From positions 6,010 through 70,009 of the forward strand of contig NZ_JBDVKP010000003.1 of assembly GCF_039960695.1 (NCBI RefSeq): a stretch of DNA of 64,000 nt. Reading direction: 5' to 3'. Numbering within the stretch: the stretch's first letter is position 1; each line of letters opens with the position of its first letter. The notes under the pieces were generated by a model. That model worked only from the letters and a program-made list of their open reading frames with translations, was not told the origin of the DNA and did not search any database. Source of the DNA: Ekhidna sp. (GTDB taxonomy: Bacteria > Bacteroidota > Bacteroidia > Cytophagales > Cyclobacteriaceae). Positions 49,062 to 59,014 of this stretch are shown here, in pieces. The translations under genes were made by a program, and so were the position numbers.

Positions 49062-50750
49062 ATGAAAAAACAACCATGGCATGCCAGCTACCCCGATGGT
49101 GTAAGCTTTGAGATAAACCCAGATAGCTATAGCTCTCTATCAGAAATGGTTGATGAGCGAATTGAGAAATATGGTGATCTCGTAGCATTTGAGAACATGG
49201 GAAAGGAAATGACTTTTTCAGAACTCGGACATGCCATCAATCAGTTTGCTTCGTATTTGCAGAATCATACGAATCTTAAAAAAGGTGACAGAGTTGCGAT
49301 TCAGATGCCGAATTTGTTGCAATACCCAGTGGTTCTCTATGGAATCCTAAAAGCAGGAATGGTGGTTGTAAATACGAATCCGTTGTATACGCCAAGTGAG
49401 ATGCTTCATCAGTTTAACGATTCTGGTGCTAAGGCTATAATAATTGTTGAAAATTTTGCCGCAAATCTGGAAGAGATTCTGAATGAGACTCAGATAGAGA
49501 CCGTTATACTAACCAAGATTGGAGATTTAATTGGAGGCTTAAAGGGGAGTATCGTAAATTTTGTTGTGAAGAACATCAAGAAGATGGTGCCGGCCTACAG
49601 CCTTCCCAATGCTATTGCACTAAAAAATGCATTAAAGCTTGGCACTCAAAAGGCGCCAGATAAAGTAGAAATAGAAAGCTCTGAATTAGCATTCCTTCAG
49701 TATACAGGCGGAACTACTGGGGTATCGAAGGGAGCAATGCTTACGCATAGAAATGTGATTGCGAACATGGAACAGGTTTGTGAGTGGATGCTGCACGGTG
49801 GTCTGGAAGAAGAAAAAGAGATTTTCATTACAGCCTTGCCTATGTATCACATCTTCGCATTGACATGTAATGCACTTATGACTGTTCGGATCGGAGCGAG
49901 AAATGTACTCGTTACCAATCCTCGGGATATGAAAGCATTTCTAGGAGATCTGGGCAGACATCAATGGTCCATACTTACTGGCGTGAATACTCTTTTTAAT
50001 GGATTACTCAACCAACCAAAATTCAAAGATCTGGATTTTTCAAAAGTTAAATTCTCCTTTGCTGGTGGAATGGCACTCCAAAAGTTTGTGGCTGAAAAAT
50101 GGATGGAAGTGACAGGAACTCCTGTTTCAGAGGGTTATGGTTTGACCGAAACTTCGCCTGTTCTTACTGCCAACCCGCTCAGGAAAGATGCAGAACCAGG
50201 ATATATAGGTATGCCGATACCAAGCACGGAAGTTATTATTTTGGATGATGATGGCAAAGAGGTGAAGACTGGAGAGCGTGGAGAACTGTGCGCTCGCGGG
50301 CCTCAGGTGTTTCAAGGATATTGGAATAGACCCGAAGAAACTAAGAATTGTTTCCACGAAGATTGGTTTAAAACTGGAGATATTGCTGTGATAAACGAAC
50401 AAGGACTCTTTAAAATAGTTGATCGTAAGAAAGAGATGATTTTGGTCTCTGGTTTCAATGTTTATCCGAATGAAATAGAAGATTGCATTGCACTTCATGA
50501 GAAGGTGTTGGAGGTAGGAGTAATTGGAGTGCCGGATAAAAAATCGACTGAAGCAGTTAAGGTCTACATCGTAAAGGCAGACCCGAGCCTGACAGAAGAG
50601 GAGATAACAGAACACTGTAAGGAAAACCTAACAGGATATAAGCGACCAAAGTACATAGCCTTTACAGATGAGCTGCCAAAATCAAACGTTGGTAAGATTC
50701 TTCGAAGAATACTGAAAGAAAACGATTTAAAAACAAATACTTACGACTAA
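49062..50750 (+). CDS. fadD: long-chain-fatty-acid--CoA ligase
   Basis: It has the AMP-binding motif LQYTGGTTGVSKGAMLTH plus GYGLTETSP and WFKTGD. The ATG at 49062 (MKKQPWHASYPDG) is the real start. The track start at 48873 reads through the tRNA-like gene and its terminator. Confidence 0.9.
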   Translation: MKKQPWHASYPDGVSFEINPDSYSSLSEMVDERIEKYGDLVAFENMGKEMTFSELGHAINQFASYLQNHTNLKKGDRVAIQMPNLLQYPVVLYGILKAGMVVVNTNPLYTPSEMLHQFNDSGAKAIIIVENFAANLEEILNETQIETVILTKIGDLIGGLKGSIVNFVVKNIKKMVPAYSLPNAIALKNALKLGTQKAPDKVEIESSELAFLQYTGGTTGVSKGAMLTHRNVIANMEQVCEWMLHGGLEEEKEIFITALPMYHIFALTCNALMTVRIGARNVLVTNPRDMKAFLGDLGRHQWSILTGVNTLFNGLLNQPKFKDLDFSKVKFSFAGGMALQKFVAEKWMEVTGTPVSEGYGLTETSPVLTANPLRKDAEPGYIGMPIPSTEVIILDDDGKEVKTGERGELCARGPQVFQGYWNRPEETKNCFHEDWFKTGDIAVINEQGLFKIVDRKKEMILVSGFNVYPNEIEDCIALHEKVLEVGVIGVPDKKSTEAVKVYIVKADPSLTEEEITEHCKENLTGYKRPKYIAFTDELPKSNVGKILRRILKENDLKTNTYD

Positions 50751-50752
50751 GA

Positions 50753-51694
50753 ATGAAGTTAAAAATTACCGCCTTATTACTATTAATCAGTGCTACATCA
50801 TTCGCTCAAAATGTCACTCAAGACACCACCTATTGGCGTATTGGTGGCACGAGCTCATTGACATTTTCCCAAGTTTCACTGACCAACTGGGCAGCGGGAG
50901 GCCAAAACTCAGTTGCGATAAACTCCAACTTCAGCATATTCGCTAATCGAGTGAAGGGTAGAGGAAAGTGGGAAAACTCTATGGATTTGGCCTATGGGTT
51001 GATCAAGCAAGGATCGGCAGGTTTTAGTAAATCTGACGATCTTATCAACATTGTGACTAAGTACAGCTACAAAGTAAAAAAAGACAATGGTAAGTGGTTT
51101 TATAGTGCGCTTATGGATTTTAGAACCCAATTTTATGAAGGCTTTGATGGGGAGGATAATTTCATCTCAGACTTTATGGCTCCTGGTTATTTAACTATTG
51201 GTCTTGGTATTTCATATGATCCAAGTGATAAGCTAAGCTTTACATATCAACCGCTCACGGGTAAATTCACTTTTGTGAGCGATCAGGATCTTGCAAATGC
51301 TGGAGCCTACGGTGTGAATCGTGCTGTATTTGCTGGAGATGGCGTAACCATTATAACCCCGGGAAGTAAGAGTAGAGCAGAATTTGGTTCATTCTTTAGA
51401 GCCAAATACAAGAATGATATTTTCGAAAGCAAACTCGAACTCTTTACCGGATACACCGAAAATGTAGGTGAAGTAGACGTGAATTGGCAAAATGCACTTG
51501 TGTTACAGTTAACCAAGGTTTTGTCTATGAATGTATTTACCCAATTGATCTATGATAAAGACATTGAAATCGGAGCGGATGATAATAGTGACGGAACGAT
51601 TCAGGAAAGTGAAGTAAAACCTCGGGTTCAATTCAAAAGTGTACTCGGTGTAGGACTCACCTATAAGTTTGGAAAAAAGAAACCACAACAATGA
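50753..51694 (+). CDS. DUF3078-family outer-membrane beta-barrel protein
   Basis: It has a signal peptide and the hallmark LTFSQVSLTNWAAGGQNS. It starts 2 nt after fadD. Confidence 0.6.
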   Translation: MKLKITALLLLISATSFAQNVTQDTTYWRIGGTSSLTFSQVSLTNWAAGGQNSVAINSNFSIFANRVKGRGKWENSMDLAYGLIKQGSAGFSKSDDLINIVTKYSYKVKKDNGKWFYSALMDFRTQFYEGFDGEDNFISDFMAPGYLTIGLGISYDPSDKLSFTYQPLTGKFTFVSDQDLANAGAYGVNRAVFAGDGVTIITPGSKSRAEFGSFFRAKYKNDIFESKLELFTGYTENVGEVDVNWQNALVLQLTKVLSMNVFTQLIYDKDIEIGADDNSDGTIQESEVKPRVQFKSVLGVGLTYKFGKKKPQQ

Positions 51695-51781
51695 TTTAAC
51701 AAGATATCTGACCGTATCAGAAATATTTAAATTAACCTTGTCGCCTCAAATCAAAAAACAAAGTTTTTAAAACAGAATAGT

Positions 51782-52759
51782 ATGCCAGAGTTTAATGTAG
51801 GGGATAATATGATTTACATATTCCCAATTTTACTTCTTTTCATGGTCGTAGAGTATAAAGTGGCCAAACACGATTATGAGCTTAAGGATTCTTTAGCAGG
51901 ATTTGGAATAGCCTTAGGAGCTGCATTTATTTCATTCTTCACAAAGGCCTTTACTGTTGCTGTCATCTTTCAAGGTATTTTCAACTTTTTTGAACCCTTG
52001 CGGGCTGAGTATCTGGGGTACACGACTATTGGATGGGCATGGTGGGTCTGGATTCTTGCAATCATAGCCGATGATTTTAATTTCTATTGGCATCACAGGT
52101 GGAGCCATACCATTAGATTGCTATGGGCTGCTCATGTACCGCATCACTCATCAAAAAATTATAATCTGGCAGTGAGTATTCGAAACGGATGGTTTATAAC
52201 ATTTTACAAGCCTATTTTCTGGTTATGGATGGCGGTTATTGGCTTTGAGCCAATCATGATCGGTTCTGCTTTGATCATTAATGCCACTTATCAGTATTTC
52301 TTACATACCAAGTTGGTAGGTTCTTTGGGCTTCTTCGGTAAAATTTTCAATAATCCTCATGTTCATGCGGTGCATCACTCTAGCAATATTGAGTATTTGG
52401 ATAAAAACCATGGTGGGATTTTGCTGATTTGGGATCACATATTTGGGACATGGCAGAATACAATAAAAGGTGTAAATCCACATTACGGTATTTTGAAAAG
52501 CCCGGATACCTACAATCCAATTAAACTCAATACCCACATTTTTGTTGATATTTTCAATGATGTCAAAAAAGCTAAGAGTTTCAAGGAAGTATTCATGTAC
52601 ATCTTTGGCCCTCCGGGATGGAGTCCTGATAACAGCTCGCTTACTGCAAAGCAAATACAAGAACTATATTATGCTGGCAAAATATCAGCTGATGCTCAAT
52701 TTGAAGGAGTAAAGATAAATGAGGCTAATGAAGGTAAGTCTTCTGAAAAGGCGGCCTAA
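51782..52759 (+). CDS. sterol desaturase / fatty-acid hydroxylase family membrane protein
   Basis: Three His boxes are present: HHRWSH, HVPHHS and HAVHH. Confidence 0.8.
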   Translation: MPEFNVGDNMIYIFPILLLFMVVEYKVAKHDYELKDSLAGFGIALGAAFISFFTKAFTVAVIFQGIFNFFEPLRAEYLGYTTIGWAWWVWILAIIADDFNFYWHHRWSHTIRLLWAAHVPHHSSKNYNLAVSIRNGWFITFYKPIFWLWMAVIGFEPIMIGSALIINATYQYFLHTKLVGSLGFFGKIFNNPHVHAVHHSSNIEYLDKNHGGILLIWDHIFGTWQNTIKGVNPHYGILKSPDTYNPIKLNTHIFVDIFNDVKKAKSFKEVFMYIFGPPGWSPDNSSLTAKQIQELYYAGKISADAQFEGVKINEANEGKSSEKAA

Positions 52760-53643
52760 GCTTCTGGTTGAGATTTGATGTGAACATCACGTTGAGGGAA
52801 TGGAATTTCTATTCCCTTTTCTTTGAACTTCTCAAAAATCGCAAAGTAGAGCTCTGTTTTTAGCCTTCTAGGCTTATCCGTATGAGTTGACGTCCAAATA
52901 GCCAAAGTAAAGTTTAATGAGCTATCTCCAAATTCATCAAAAAAGACATGAGGTGAAGGATGTTTTAATGCATGTTCATTTTCCTCTGCTACGTCCATCA
53001 ACACTTTACGAACTTCTTCAGGATCTTCTTGATAGCTGACCCCAACCGGAATATCAAAGCGGATGTTTCGATCGTTGTGACTCCAGTTTATAACCCGTGA
53101 GGAAATGAATTCAGAGTTTGGGACTATGATAGAGACGTTTTCGTTTGTGAGAATCGTGGTGGCTCTAACTGAAATATTGATAACGTCACCTTCTGTATCC
53201 CCAACCACGATGCGGTCACCTACTTTTATAGGCTTTTCAAAAAGAATAATGATACCAGAAATAAAATTGTCTGTGATATTCTGCAATCCGAATCCAATAC
53301 CAACGCCTAAAGCTCCTGCTAATAAGCTTAGCGAACTCATGTCTATGCCAGCACTTTGAATAATGAAGATGGATCCAATGAACATGATCATTACCCTGGT
53401 GATCAGTCCGATGGAATTTCTCGCCCCTTTTTCCATATTGGCTTTCACCAATATTTTATTAACCAGAAGATTCCTGAATCGCTTGGCTAAAAATGTCAGG
53501 ATAATGAAACTGATAAGAAAATAGAGAATGGTGCCTAAGGTGATTTTACTATCGCCAAGATTGAATAAGTTGGTAGTAAATATTTCACCGACTCTGGTGA
53601 GGAAGTCGATGATCTTATCCCATACGGTTTGTAATGATTCCAT
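52756..53643 (-). CDS. mechanosensitive ion channel (MscS family)
   Basis: TM helices are followed by the beta-domain IKVGDRIVVGDTEGDVINISVRATTI. Confidence 0.85.
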   Translation of the reverse strand: MESLQTVWDKIIDFLTRVGEIFTTNLFNLGDSKITLGTILYFLISFIILTFLAKRFRNLLVNKILVKANMEKGARNSIGLITRVMIMFIGSIFIIQSAGIDMSSLSLLAGALGVGIGFGLQNITDNFISGIIILFEKPIKVGDRIVVGDTEGDVINISVRATTILTNENVSIIVPNSEFISSRVINWSHNDRNIRFDIPVGVSYQEDPEEVRKVLMDVAEENEHALKHPSPHVFFDEFGDSSLNFTLAIWTSTHTDKPRRLKTELYFAIFEKFKEKGIEIPFPQRDVHIKSQPEA

Positions 53644-53702
53644 TAAGCATTATTGTTGGAGTAAACCTAGCTCAGAACTTTGACAAAATGAATTGCGCTA
53701 CC

Positions 53703-55811
53703 TCAGAACTTGAGTCTGAGCATTGCCTTTATCTCGGAAGCAGTATCTCCGAAGGATGTATCTAACGATGACCCGATTGCATTAGCTACTCCAAATGCAC
53801 CAGGAAATGTAGTCTGCGCATATCGTATCCAAATAGAAACATTTTTGACGGGATCATATCGTACCATGGCATAGGTTCTGATGCCTGACCCATTGTAAGC
53901 AGGAATGGAGAACGCGTAGAGCACGTCACTTTCATAGACATACTGGGCATTATCAAAATCGTCCGTTTCGAAAAGTGCCATACGCGTATTGAACTTCAAT
54001 TTCCAAACGTTAAAATTCACATCCTGAACGATAGCAAACCCCTTCGTGAATATATCATTCTCATCTTGAGTGCTGCTTTGTACTTTCGTTTTCAACTTCA
54101 GCCAGGGACGTAGCTCATAATCGATGTTGAAAATGTAATTGCGTTTGATTTGATCCGCAAGAATGTTCAGGTTTTCATCGCCTACTGTTATTTGTCTGTT
54201 TTGCTGACGAGCTTGAACATACATGGAAATCTGCCGAGTAGGGAAATGAGAATATCTAACCAACCATTCTTGACCAACAGAAGGGGCTTCCGTACGGAAC
54301 TTTAACCATGGAAACTTAAATCGATCGTAATAAGCATTAAGTTTATGCCTTCTATTTGGTTTAACAGAGACACCCCAATAGGTGCCTTTTTCGTTGATAT
54401 TTCGAGAATTTTCAGAGAACGCATTTCCATAGAATGAATGGAAATCTCGAGCATAGTTTCGCAGCACCATGGCCATATCTACAGTTCGTGAAAGGCTGGC
54501 TACAAACCCAGCGACAGCTCCAATTCCACCACTCTTTGATCGAGCTGCTTCTCCGAAAAATGTAAAATTTTGCCAGGTATAATGTCCATAGGCTGATGTG
54601 ATATAATTGTGGTCACCTTTAAATTCAAATTGATTGTAGTTATTGGGTTTTCGTTGCAGTGGCTTGCTGTACTTACTATTGAGTCCGGAGACACCAAGGG
54701 TAAATCTTCGGTGAGGTGAATATTCAATAACTGCACCAATAGATTGTTCTTTTATTTGATCTTTCGTGGCTAGTTCTTGTGATGTCCGGTGGAAGCCCGT
54801 GTTTTGTATTGAGTTTACAAACTCTTCAAAATCAGAAAAAGTGGTGTCTGTTTGAATATTTCCATCTTGTTTAATGTTGGAGTAAAAGAGCGTTAACTCT
54901 AGATTTCCCTGCTTTCTTGTGATGCCTGCTCCACGAAAAAAACCTGCTTCAAGTACCGAGGTGTATGGGCGTAAACCTAAACTATTTCTTTTGGTGGTAT
55001 TCACAGTTTCAGCACCCTTACCGGCATTAAAACCGGCGCCAAAAACGACTCCTTGTCCAATTTGCATCTGAAAATCACCTAACATGATTCTTTCAAACCC
55101 GAACTTATTTTCCAGCATTAGATGATACGAATAGAAGTCAAAACCCTTCTTGCCATCATCAAAGCTGAATCTCTCACCATTATCCTTTTCAAAAGTAAAC
55201 CCAAGGCTAAAGTCATTGCGATGACTAGTTCTGAATCTGCCGTAAATTTTGTTTTGAGATCCTTGATATCGAGTAGGAGGTGTAGTGACGGTGTCTACTA
55301 CAATATTGTCCTGATCGAGGATGAATGTTGTGTCTAAAGGTGTGGCTGCGGTGTAGCCAATTTGCTCTTCAAGGCGGCGCGAAAAGCGAAGCAAGAAGTA
55401 GTTGTTTTCTTCAGTAAGCATCCGTTTTAGCAATGGTCTTGTATCGATTAACGATTCTTTCATCGTGACAAAGGGAAGGAGTAATCGAATGGTTTCCAGG
55501 TCTATTTCCGGCACAGCCTGCAATTCGTTGATAGATAGAAAATCTCCAAAACGATCTCTGTAAATGAAGAAATTTGATAGTTGTGCCGGATTTAAAACAT
55601 AGAGTGAAGCTAGCTCTTCAGGTTCTACGTTATTCAGGTTTAGCTTATTGCTATAATAGAGTAGAAGGGATTCGTAAATGTCTTCATAGGAAACATCTTC
55701 ATCCTGAACCTGAAACAATCTTTCTGCAAAATCTTCCAGATTTATTTCTTCATTTTGTCCGAGTACAACAAGACGAGATGCAAGAAATAATATGGTTAGC
55801 CATTTCTTCAT
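53703..55811 (-). CDS. outer-membrane protein with an N-terminal ComEA-like helix-hairpin-helix domain fused to a ~580-aa predicted beta-barrel
   Basis: It has the signal peptide MKKWLTILFLASRLVVLGQ and the HhH-like segment ELASLYVLNPAQLSNFFIYRDRFGDFLSINELQAVPEIDLETIRLLLPFVT. An aromatic-rich alternating body ends in ...AMLRLKF, a beta-signal. Confidence 0.6.
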   Translation of the reverse strand: MKKWLTILFLASRLVVLGQNEEINLEDFAERLFQVQDEDVSYEDIYESLLLYYSNKLNLNNVEPEELASLYVLNPAQLSNFFIYRDRFGDFLSINELQAVPEIDLETIRLLLPFVTMKESLIDTRPLLKRMLTEENNYFLLRFSRRLEEQIGYTAATPLDTTFILDQDNIVVDTVTTPPTRYQGSQNKIYGRFRTSHRNDFSLGFTFEKDNGERFSFDDGKKGFDFYSYHLMLENKFGFERIMLGDFQMQIGQGVVFGAGFNAGKGAETVNTTKRNSLGLRPYTSVLEAGFFRGAGITRKQGNLELTLFYSNIKQDGNIQTDTTFSDFEEFVNSIQNTGFHRTSQELATKDQIKEQSIGAVIEYSPHRRFTLGVSGLNSKYSKPLQRKPNNYNQFEFKGDHNYITSAYGHYTWQNFTFFGEAARSKSGGIGAVAGFVASLSRTVDMAMVLRNYARDFHSFYGNAFSENSRNINEKGTYWGVSVKPNRRHKLNAYYDRFKFPWLKFRTEAPSVGQEWLVRYSHFPTRQISMYVQARQQNRQITVGDENLNILADQIKRNYIFNIDYELRPWLKLKTKVQSSTQDENDIFTKGFAIVQDVNFNVWKLKFNTRMALFETDDFDNAQYVYESDVLYAFSIPAYNGSGIRTYAMVRYDPVKNVSIWIRYAQTTFPGAFGVANAIGSSLDTSFGDTASEIKAMLRLKF

Positions 55812-56617
55812 TTCTTGAATGAATACGCGACAGATATCTCATGTATGTTTCCTAGCTTGGAATCGTTGGAAAAGCCGTAATCAAACTTTAGATTTTTTGG
55901 ATGAAACCCAACACCAAAGGCACCTATGAAAGGCTGAGTGCTAATGCCCGTTCTGACGAATACTTTTTCAACTATTCTATACTCGATACCAGCTTTAAAT
56001 ATTTCATCAAAATCGAGATCTTTTTCTACTTCGAGGTTAAGCATCAATTCATCGCTCGGACGATAAGAGAAACCTCCTTTCATGATCGTTGGAATCCGTT
56101 CGCCTGTTTCCGAATCATATTTTGCTTGATTGAGATTGAATATGTGTGCACCAAATCTTAGTTGTGAGGTGATTTCAGCAATACCACCAAATTGAATAGC
56201 AAGTGCTCTGCTTGTACCAACAGTAGCTATGTTGTATTGAAGTAAATCAAGGCCTAGCGAAAGACTTACCATTTGAATCTTGTTTCCAACAGCCAGATGA
56301 ACACGCTGCTCGCTGTAGATGTCATCACCGAACTTGTAGAAACCAACACCTGCATTTCCAATATCTGTAGCGTATACAGCTCCCGCTCCCACCACTTGAA
56401 ACTGACTTACACCATAGCGATTTTGATAAGATGCGAATGCAGCATGGTTTTCCAAACGTCCCAGTCCTCCAATGTTATTGAACAAACTAAACTCATCTCC
56501 AAGCGTCAATGAAGCACCAGCCATCCCGGCACTTCTACCACCTAGGTTAAAGGAACCTACCTGAGCATGAGAAGAAAAAGAGATTGCTACCAGCAGCAGC
56601 AGCAGGATACGTTTCAT
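55808..56617 (-). CDS. PorV/PorQ-like (FadL-fold) outer-membrane beta-barrel protein
   Basis: It has the signal peptide MKRILLLLLVAISFSSHAQ and the motif GGRSAGMAGASLTLGDEFSLFNN. Its C-terminus is ...ISVAYSFKK. An ATGA overlap links it to the downstream HhH-barrel gene. Confidence 0.45.
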   Translation of the reverse strand: MKRILLLLLVAISFSSHAQVGSFNLGGRSAGMAGASLTLGDEFSLFNNIGGLGRLENHAAFASYQNRYGVSQFQVVGAGAVYATDIGNAGVGFYKFGDDIYSEQRVHLAVGNKIQMVSLSLGLDLLQYNIATVGTSRALAIQFGGIAEITSQLRFGAHIFNLNQAKYDSETGERIPTIMKGGFSYRPSDELMLNLEVEKDLDFDEIFKAGIEYRIVEKVFVRTGISTQPFIGAFGVGFHPKNLKFDYGFSNDSKLGNIHEISVAYSFKK

Positions 56618-56672
56618 AGTTGCAAAGTATGCATTTGGCAACTTTAATTCAATAATCGTAAATTAACTAGTC

Positions 56673-57290
56673 ATGAAAATTCTATCTGCCATCACTTTGG
56701 GATTGACTACATTTTGCTTAGATGCTCAACAAACAGATACTGTGAGATTTGAAAATGGAAGTATAAAGGCTTTTGGAGGGATGACTGATGCTGGGAAATT
56801 TGGAAAATGGACGTATTACTATCCAAATGGAGAGCTCAATAGCTTGCTCAACTACACCAAAGGTTTGTTGGATGGGCATCAGGAGTATTATTCATTTGAC
56901 GGGAAACTCATTGGCCTGGAATATTATCAAAGTGGGCTCATGACGGATTCTGCTTCCTATTATTATCCTACAGGTCAAATTGAAAAACTAGGAGTCTATC
57001 AAAATGGATTGTATGAAGGAGAGTGGAAGTTCTATTATGAAAATGGAAACTTAAAGAGATCAGGTTTTTACAAAGAAGGACTTCCAAATGGACAGTGGTC
57101 TTTCTATTTCGAGAATGGGAATCTTAATCAGCAAGGCTTATTAAGTGATGGTTTGGAAAGTGGTTTGTGGAAATACTACAATGAAGATGGAAGCCAGCTT
57201 TATGAAGGCAACTGGAAAAATGGGGTGAAATCCGGGCAATGGTATTTCTTCAAAAAAGGAAAGAAAAAAGAGTGGAAAAAATTTGATTAA
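56673..57290 (+). CDS. MORN-repeat protein (YwqK-like)
   Basis: It has a signal peptide and about 7 tandem G-x-W-x-x-Y-Y-x-N-G-x-L repeats. Confidence 0.7.
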   Translation: MKILSAITLGLTTFCLDAQQTDTVRFENGSIKAFGGMTDAGKFGKWTYYYPNGELNSLLNYTKGLLDGHQEYYSFDGKLIGLEYYQSGLMTDSASYYYPTGQIEKLGVYQNGLYEGEWKFYYENGNLKRSGFYKEGLPNGQWSFYFENGNLNQQGLLSDGLESGLWKYYNEDGSQLYEGNWKNGVKSGQWYFFKKGKKKEWKKFD

Positions 57291-58702
57291 AAGAGGGATA
57301 GGAGATTTACAAAAAAGAATGTCTCATCCTGAGATGTCTGTGACAGCTCGAACCTAAAAGTCAAATCATTCACAACGACCAAGTCAACACCAGTTCCAAA
57401 GCTGTACAGGTATTGATCTGAAAGTAAATCACTACCATCATAATTTGGGTAGCCGACGGCATACCCTTGATCAAAATATATTTTACCGTAAATAGTAATA
57501 GGAAACGTTTGAAATTGTCTCACAGGCATGACTTTGCTGATGTCATATTTTCTACCCAAAAGTCTATGTTTAAACTCATTGCGTTGTAATATATAGGAGC
57601 TTGCTTCAATGATTCGCAGGTCATAGCCTCGGAGCACCTCTTTGAGGAAACCAACAGAGGAATAGTTGAAGTAACTTCTGTCTTTAGCTGGAAATGTACT
57701 TAGTCCGGAAATGTCCGCGACTAAATAGAAATTATCTGTAAACTCCCAATACTTGGTCAGGTTCAATCGAGCTCTCCAGAAATCCACATCATCATTATAA
57801 ACACCTATCCCGTGCTTGAATAACCCGACCTGATACCATTCACCATTTGTAGGATAGTTTCTGTTATTACGTTTATCCCAAACATAAGTGTAGCCCAGCC
57901 AAAGGTGTTGTTGCTGTGTTTTGCTGTTGCCCAGATAGTTTGGGTTAATAGCGGCGATCGTATCTGCGACATCCAGCCGCACATGGCCAAGCGTCGTGAA
58001 ATGAAAAGAATAAAAAGAGCTTCTATAGGAATGGCGGATGGTGGTTTTGTAGGCTCTTCTTAAGACATCATCCTCGGAAGAGGTGAAACGCCTGATGTTA
58101 TCTCTGGTGATAACAGGCACATTCTTTGTCTCGAAATAGCTGCTACTGATGCGTAATCCATTCCGTTGCTTTTTGTCTATGTATGGAACACTGTAAATCA
58201 CGTTGACCACAGTCTCAAACCCTGTTTGGAGCCACAGCCTGAGAATTTCACCTCTACCTCTGAAATTAAATTGCGTAAGTTTTATGCCATAGTTGACCCG
58301 ACTTAGATCTCGATCTCTATTGACCCACCAATCGTTGAAGTTTCTATCTACCAATCTGAAAATGGGCAACGGGTAAAAGTACCAACGTTCATCTACCGTG
58401 ATTTTGATATCAGTAGATCCGTTTGAAGTATTGATCAATTCCAAGAATACTTCATTAAACAGGTTTGTATTGTAGATTCGATTGCGATCCCACACGAACA
58501 TACTGTCCAGCTGATAACGTTTGTAAGTGCGCCCTTTTTCGAAGCTGAGCTCGCGAGTAATCATTTGAGGTCTGGTCTTGTAGTTACCCTCAATGGTAAT
58601 CTCCTTAATAGTAAGCACCTCAGTAGAGTCTTGCTGACAGTAGAGCAACTGATAGCAGCTGATGAAAACGAAAATTAGCAGGAATCTTTTCAATACAATC
58701 AA
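57287..58702 (-). CDS. POTRA-domain Omp85/BamA-TamA-like outer-membrane protein
   Basis: It has a signal peptide, the POTRA segment IKEITIEGNYKTRPQMITRELSFEKG, and a C-terminal barrel ending ...VNLLSLF. Confidence 0.65.
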   Translation of the reverse strand: MIVLKRFLLIFVFISCYQLLYCQQDSTEVLTIKEITIEGNYKTRPQMITRELSFEKGRTYKRYQLDSMFVWDRNRIYNTNLFNEVFLELINTSNGSTDIKITVDERWYFYPLPIFRLVDRNFNDWWVNRDRDLSRVNYGIKLTQFNFRGRGEILRLWLQTGFETVVNVIYSVPYIDKKQRNGLRISSSYFETKNVPVITRDNIRRFTSSEDDVLRRAYKTTIRHSYRSSFYSFHFTTLGHVRLDVADTIAAINPNYLGNSKTQQQHLWLGYTYVWDKRNNRNYPTNGEWYQVGLFKHGIGVYNDDVDFWRARLNLTKYWEFTDNFYLVADISGLSTFPAKDRSYFNYSSVGFLKEVLRGYDLRIIEASSYILQRNEFKHRLLGRKYDISKVMPVRQFQTFPITIYGKIYFDQGYAVGYPNYDGSDLLSDQYLYSFGTGVDLVVVNDLTFRFELSQTSQDETFFFVNLLSLF

Positions 58703-58771
58703 TCAGAATTTTTACCACTATTCTTAGCGGCTAACGTGCAAACTGAATGATTTTTTGGTGCGCTTGCAAAT

Positions 58772-59011
58772 TTGCTTGGTACTTTTGCTGCTGTGAACCG
58801 CATCCTTAAGAAAATCCTCATTTTCCCGATCTTGGTGTATCAGTACTCGATCTCGCCACTGTTTCCACAGTCTTGTAGATTCACTCCTACATGCTCGCAG
58901 TATGCGAAAGAGGCCATCCAGAAGTATGGGTGGAAAGGTTTTATAATGGGACTAAAAAGAATCAGCAGGTGTCATCCATGGGGGGGAAGCGGGTACGATC
59001 CGGTAGACTGA
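58772..59011 (+). CDS. yidD: membrane protein insertion efficiency factor YidD
   Basis: It carries the [11 protein letters not shown] motif. The start codon is uncertain: either the TTG at 58772 or an in-frame GTG a few codons downstream. Confidence 0.85.
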   Translation: MLGTFAAVNRILKKILIFPILVYQYSISPLFPQSCRFTPTCSQYAKEAIQKYGWKGFIMGLKRISRCHPWGGSGYDPVD

Positions 59012-59014
59012 TAC

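Noticed and set aside
50127-50615. A 162-aa antisense ORF inside fadD. Similar antisense ORFs lie at 7037-7393, 18440-18820, 21359-21733, 22548-22913, 23087-23446, 44635-45021, 45933-46271, 46829-47203 and 52301-52660.
   Set aside because: They lie entirely within strongly supported genes on the opposite strand and have low-complexity or odd composition. They are shadow ORFs.
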